Source of the DNA: Candidatus Levybacteria bacterium GW2011_GWA1_37_16
GTDB taxonomy: Bacteria > Patescibacteriota > Microgenomatia > Levybacterales > UBA12049
Direction: 5' to 3'
NCBI GenBank assembly: GCA_943354875.1
Contig: CALRDJ010000003.1
Span: 1 to 38,847 of the forward strand
Length of the DNA stretch: 38,847 bases
A program made the translations under genes and the position numbers. A model generated the notes under the pieces. That model made no database searches. It saw only the letters and a list, made by a program, of their open reading frames with translations, and was not told where the DNA came from. Of this stretch, positions 36,050-38,847 are shown piece by piece (the first letter of the stretch is position 1; every line of letters starts with the position of its first letter).

Positions 36050-36289
36050 TTATTTATGAGCCAACTCCTCCAAGGCCTCTCCATATTCTGTATTTACTTT
36101 TTCAAGTAGGCTGTAAAAATCTTTCTTTTTGGTATTTCTTTTCTTTTCGAGACGCCTAATAACCACAGAATTATTGGTCGGGGCGATATTCACTTCCGAG
36201 CCATCACGCAACCCAAGATCGAGAAGAACTTGACGAGGTATACTAACGACCACGGAATTTCCGTTTTTGTAGAGTTTTTGTGTGTACAT
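36050..36289 (-). CDS. AbrB/MazE family antitoxin
   Basis: KLYKNGNSVVVSIPR...LGLRDGSEV; C-terminal YGEALEELA; directly upstream of doc. Confidence 0.88.
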   Translation of the reverse strand: MYTQKLYKNGNSVVVSIPRQVLLDLGLRDGSEVNIAPTNNSVVIRRLEKKRNTKKKDFYSLLEKVNTEYGEALEELAHK

Positions 36290-36293
36290 ACAG

Positions 36294-36324
36294 ACATTGT
36301 ACTGACAATGTACTGACTTGTCAA
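36294..36324 (-). promoter_or_regulatory. sigma70 promoter with overlapping operator for the AbrB-Doc operon
   Basis: TTGACA-17-TACAAT-6-ATG; palindrome ACATTGT-ACTG-ACAATGT at 36294-36311. Confidence 0.8.
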
Positions 36325-36352
36325 GAGATTGTCGATGAGATGAGTTCAGGCG

Positions 36353-38347
36353 TTATTTGCGGAAATGAATGCTTTTGACTACCGTTTTCATGGTTTCCAT
36401 ATATGATCCTTCTGTTAATATATTTGTGCCGAGTACGACCCATTGCCGCCCATTTCCGATAAAGGTGGCTACGACGGTTTCTCGTGCAGGTGAAGTACTG
36501 GTGAGGCCAGGAGAGTTAAACGACATCATGAGAACTGGCGAGCCATCTACGGTTATATCTGTTATGCGAGAAGACATTCGTCCGCCAGCTTGTTCTATCT
36601 GTATGACTCTTTCGCTCATGAGATCTTCTTTCTTTTTCCAAGAATCTTGCTGAGTGGGTAGGGTAGCATTAACTTGAAAGTAGGTGAATGATTCAAAGCC
36701 TTTAGTGGGTGCCATAAATCCATCGCCTTTCGGGTCTTTCGCATATTGCCAGCCAGCAGGATAGTCGATGGTATATGGGAACTGAGGTGAGACAAACTGC
36801 CTGATCCAATTCGTCGGAAGTTCTGCCTGTGCCATGGGTTTGGCAGGAGCGGCTGTAGCTTCAAATGGTCTTTGATTATTTGAAGCTACTCCGACTTTTG
36901 CTGGTTCAGCTGGGAGTGCTCGAGCGGGACCTGGCGTAGGAGTTGGGTTTTTGCGCATATAGTCTTCTTTAACAAGTGGATCAATAGGTAGCACCTGAAT
37001 ATTTCTAATTGACTCCTCAAAGTTTTGTATTATCTGTGCCTGATCGGATTCAGCATTAAGCACAATCATAAAAGCTCTATTGTCAGCGTCTACAAAAAGC
37101 GCTTGTTTAAATGTCCAGTCAGGCTTCTTATGAGTCTGGTAGACGGTGTCGTATCCGTTTATTTTGATACTCTCTTGAGGTAACCCAGCATCCACACGGT
37201 CTCTGATATATTCTCGTGCACTCTGGTGGGAGTCTCTCAATGATGTATAAATCATTATACTGGCAACAGGTTGTCCAGAACTACGCTTAGACTGTACAGT
37301 GGATAAGAAAGTTTCTGGTTCGTTTTCGGGCCTGTTTTGTTTTGTCCATGCTGAAGAAGAATCCGGAAATCTTATTCGCCCAATTGGGCGATCTGTTTCG
37401 TACCATTTTTTACCAGGGCCAATCTCTGTGGTTGGGAACTTGGCGGGGATAGATGGTTTGGCAGATTCTAGGAAAGCAGGGGTGGGGGCACTGGCTCTGT
37501 TTTCGGAGGAAGGAGTATTGATTTTAAAAGTACTCAGTATTTGCTTGTTTTGTTCGATCACTCGAGATTCGCTCGGGTCCGCTGAGGAGAGAAGAGTTAC
37601 CCATGTGCCTTTATCCTCTGTTATAACAGTTGCTACGACAATTCTCGCACCTGTATCGCGAAGAATCCACGTGCTTGCAGGTTTTTTACTTACTTCAGTG
37701 TCTGGAAGTTTTTTAGCAGATATATTATCTTGTATTCCTTTGGTCAGCTCTGTGATGGCAGGATTGCCTGCATCATACGCCATTACTACGAATGCAGTTT
37801 TGGGTTGTCCGATTTCATCCTTGTCTGTAGATGAAAACAAGTATGCCCCATTTGGTGTTTCTGTAGGTTTGATTTGGATGTTCTTAGGGAGACTAACCTC
37901 AAATCGACTACGTCCATTCGGGTCTTTGTAGAGATTTATTTCGCTGGAAGTCGACTGGGTAGTTTCGGGAGATCGTGGGGTAGCAGTAGGTACTCCTTTT
38001 GGAGGCTCAGCTAGTTTTGCAGGAAATGCGGTAGGAGCTCGCATGGGTTCATCTGCGAGTTTGGCTCGTGCTGCGGTCGGAGGAGGGAGCTGTGTGGGTT
38101 CAGCAGAAACAGAAGTAGCGGTAAAGAGGGCGATCGGTCTTGGCTCAGAAGCGGTGGGAGTTGGGGATCCAGCGAGGCGAGCTGCAACTCGTGCTTCTAC
38201 GGCTGCGTCAAATGCGATAGCGGTTCTGTCGGGAGTGGGGGAGGATCCAGGCCTGGCACAGGCGGCCATAAATGGAGACAGGAGAACAGCTCCAAAAGCG
38301 CGACGACTTACTCGTCCGGTGACTAATCGATCAATTAATTTACTCAC
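36353..38347 (-). CDS. lipoprotein with twin-arginine-like signal and three repeated, possibly PsbP-like, domains
   Basis: VSRRAFGAVLLSPFMAAC; Pro/Thr/Ala linkers; domains starting FEVSLP, RIRFP and YTIDYPAGW and ending ILSTFK, SIRNIQ and VVKSIHF. Confidence 0.7.
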   Translation of the reverse strand: MSKLIDRLVTGRVSRRAFGAVLLSPFMAACARPGSSPTPDRTAIAFDAAVEARVAARLAGSPTPTASEPRPIALFTATSVSAEPTQLPPPTAARAKLADEPMRAPTAFPAKLAEPPKGVPTATPRSPETTQSTSSEINLYKDPNGRSRFEVSLPKNIQIKPTETPNGAYLFSSTDKDEIGQPKTAFVVMAYDAGNPAITELTKGIQDNISAKKLPDTEVSKKPASTWILRDTGARIVVATVITEDKGTWVTLLSSADPSESRVIEQNKQILSTFKINTPSSENRASAPTPAFLESAKPSIPAKFPTTEIGPGKKWYETDRPIGRIRFPDSSSAWTKQNRPENEPETFLSTVQSKRSSGQPVASIMIYTSLRDSHQSAREYIRDRVDAGLPQESIKINGYDTVYQTHKKPDWTFKQALFVDADNRAFMIVLNAESDQAQIIQNFEESIRNIQVLPIDPLVKEDYMRKNPTPTPGPARALPAEPAKVGVASNNQRPFEATAAPAKPMAQAELPTNWIRQFVSPQFPYTIDYPAGWQYAKDPKGDGFMAPTKGFESFTYFQVNATLPTQQDSWKKKEDLMSERVIQIEQAGGRMSSRITDITVDGSPVLMMSFNSPGLTSTSPARETVVATFIGNGRQWVVLGTNILTEGSYMETMKTVVKSIHFRK

Positions 38348-38392
38348 CTATTACTGTAATAGCACAGTAATTTGGCTGTTGTCAATAGTTTA

Positions 38393-38411
38393 ATGCGGAG
38401 AGAGGGAGATT
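38393..38411 (-). repeat. duplicated tRNA-Ser 3' end (att-like direct repeat)
   Basis: ATGCGGAGAGAGGGAGATT versus ATGCGGAGAGGGGGAGATT at 38700-38718 (18/19 identical). Confidence 0.85.
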
Positions 38412-38416
38412 TCCGG

Positions 38417-38701
38417 TCATCCGACCGGACCGAGTCGTATGACTCGGCGATTCTTCTCGAGTACGTCACGATATTGCTGTTTAAGCAACCTTCTTCCCTC
38501 AGTTGTTTTCAGAAACCTTTCTCTTCTCAGCGCATCAGATTTTAAAAGATAGGCCTCATATCCAATAAGTTTTAGTGGTCAAAAGTTCTTGGTAGACCTG
38601 ACTTTTCCGTCGTGGTGATCCTTAATTCTCGTAATAGGATTAGCGGTTTGTCCTTTGTAGATATCGTTGTTTGCTAGCAAAAGAAAATAAACGTAGTTCA
38701 T
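38417..38701 (-). pseudogene. GIY-YIG nuclease with an in-frame TGA
   Basis: MNYVYFLLLANNDIYKGQT...RIKDH...STKNF*PLKLIGYEAY...ALRRERFLK; the frame continues past the stop at 38579-38581 to 38417. Confidence 0.85.
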
Positions 38702-38702
38702 G

Positions 38703-38789
38703 CGGAGAGGGGGAGATTCGAACTCCCGATACCCTTGCGAGCATACCTGCTTTCCAAGCAAGCGCACTAGGCCACTATGCGACCTCTCC
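38703..38789 (-). tRNA. tRNA-Ser(GGA)
   Basis: Acceptor GGAGAGG/CCTCTCC, anticodon arm CTTGC-TTGGAAA-GCAGG, long variable arm, GGGAG-TTCGAAT-CTCCC T arm; CCA not encoded. Confidence 0.96.
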
Positions 38790-38847
38790 TTTTATATCAA
38801 TTTCCGTGCTTCTTCCCAAACTTTTCTGTCTGACGGATAGGTAAGCT

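Noticed and set aside
38579-38581. TGA recoding (genetic code 25 or selenocysteine) in the GIY-YIG gene
   Set aside because: TGA terminates several clear genes here (for example at 6735, 7975 and 35103) and no other long ORF needs readthrough; a nonsense mutation or sequence error is simpler.
15165-38718. A single large genomic island integrated at tRNA-Ser
   Set aside because: The only tRNA 3' duplicate I found is 307 bp away; no integrase or distal att copy was seen near dnaN.

Overview
Chromosomal origin region of a Patescibacteria (CPR) genome, probably Microgenomates (inferred from gene content; standard genetic code, since TGA is used as a stop). The left third is housekeeping: a partial ATPase-like putative regulator, class II aldolase plus class I FBPase, DUF4012 protein, RNase HI, flippase, O-antigen ligase, jag-yidC-yidD-rnpA-rpmH, dnaA-oriC-dnaN. 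About 20 kb right of oriC (15.2-34.8 kb) is a type IV secretion-like locus with no relaxase or integrase in the window: lytic transglycosylase-zincin fusion, VirB4, PrgI, four VirB2/TrbC-like pilins and a VirB6-like protein, interleaved with large orphan proteins. It is followed by MNT/HEPN (toxin broken) and AbrB/Doc toxin-antitoxin modules, a lipoprotein and tRNA-Ser(GGA). The most interesting signals are non-coding: (1) two four-helix-bundle genes each enclosed by inverted arrays of 7-nt repeats, plus a gene-less copy of one array pair; (2) a ~110-nt three-way-junction element in two copies with compensatory base changes; (3) a shared GTCAG-N6-GTCAG-N17-GTCAAG-N20-(-10) promoter architecture before orphan genes, one copy beside a candidate regulator; (4) a ~307-bp integrase-free GIY-YIG cassette bounded by a duplicated tRNA 3' end; (5) nested REP/MITE-like palindromes. 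All calls come from reading the sequence; no database search was run.
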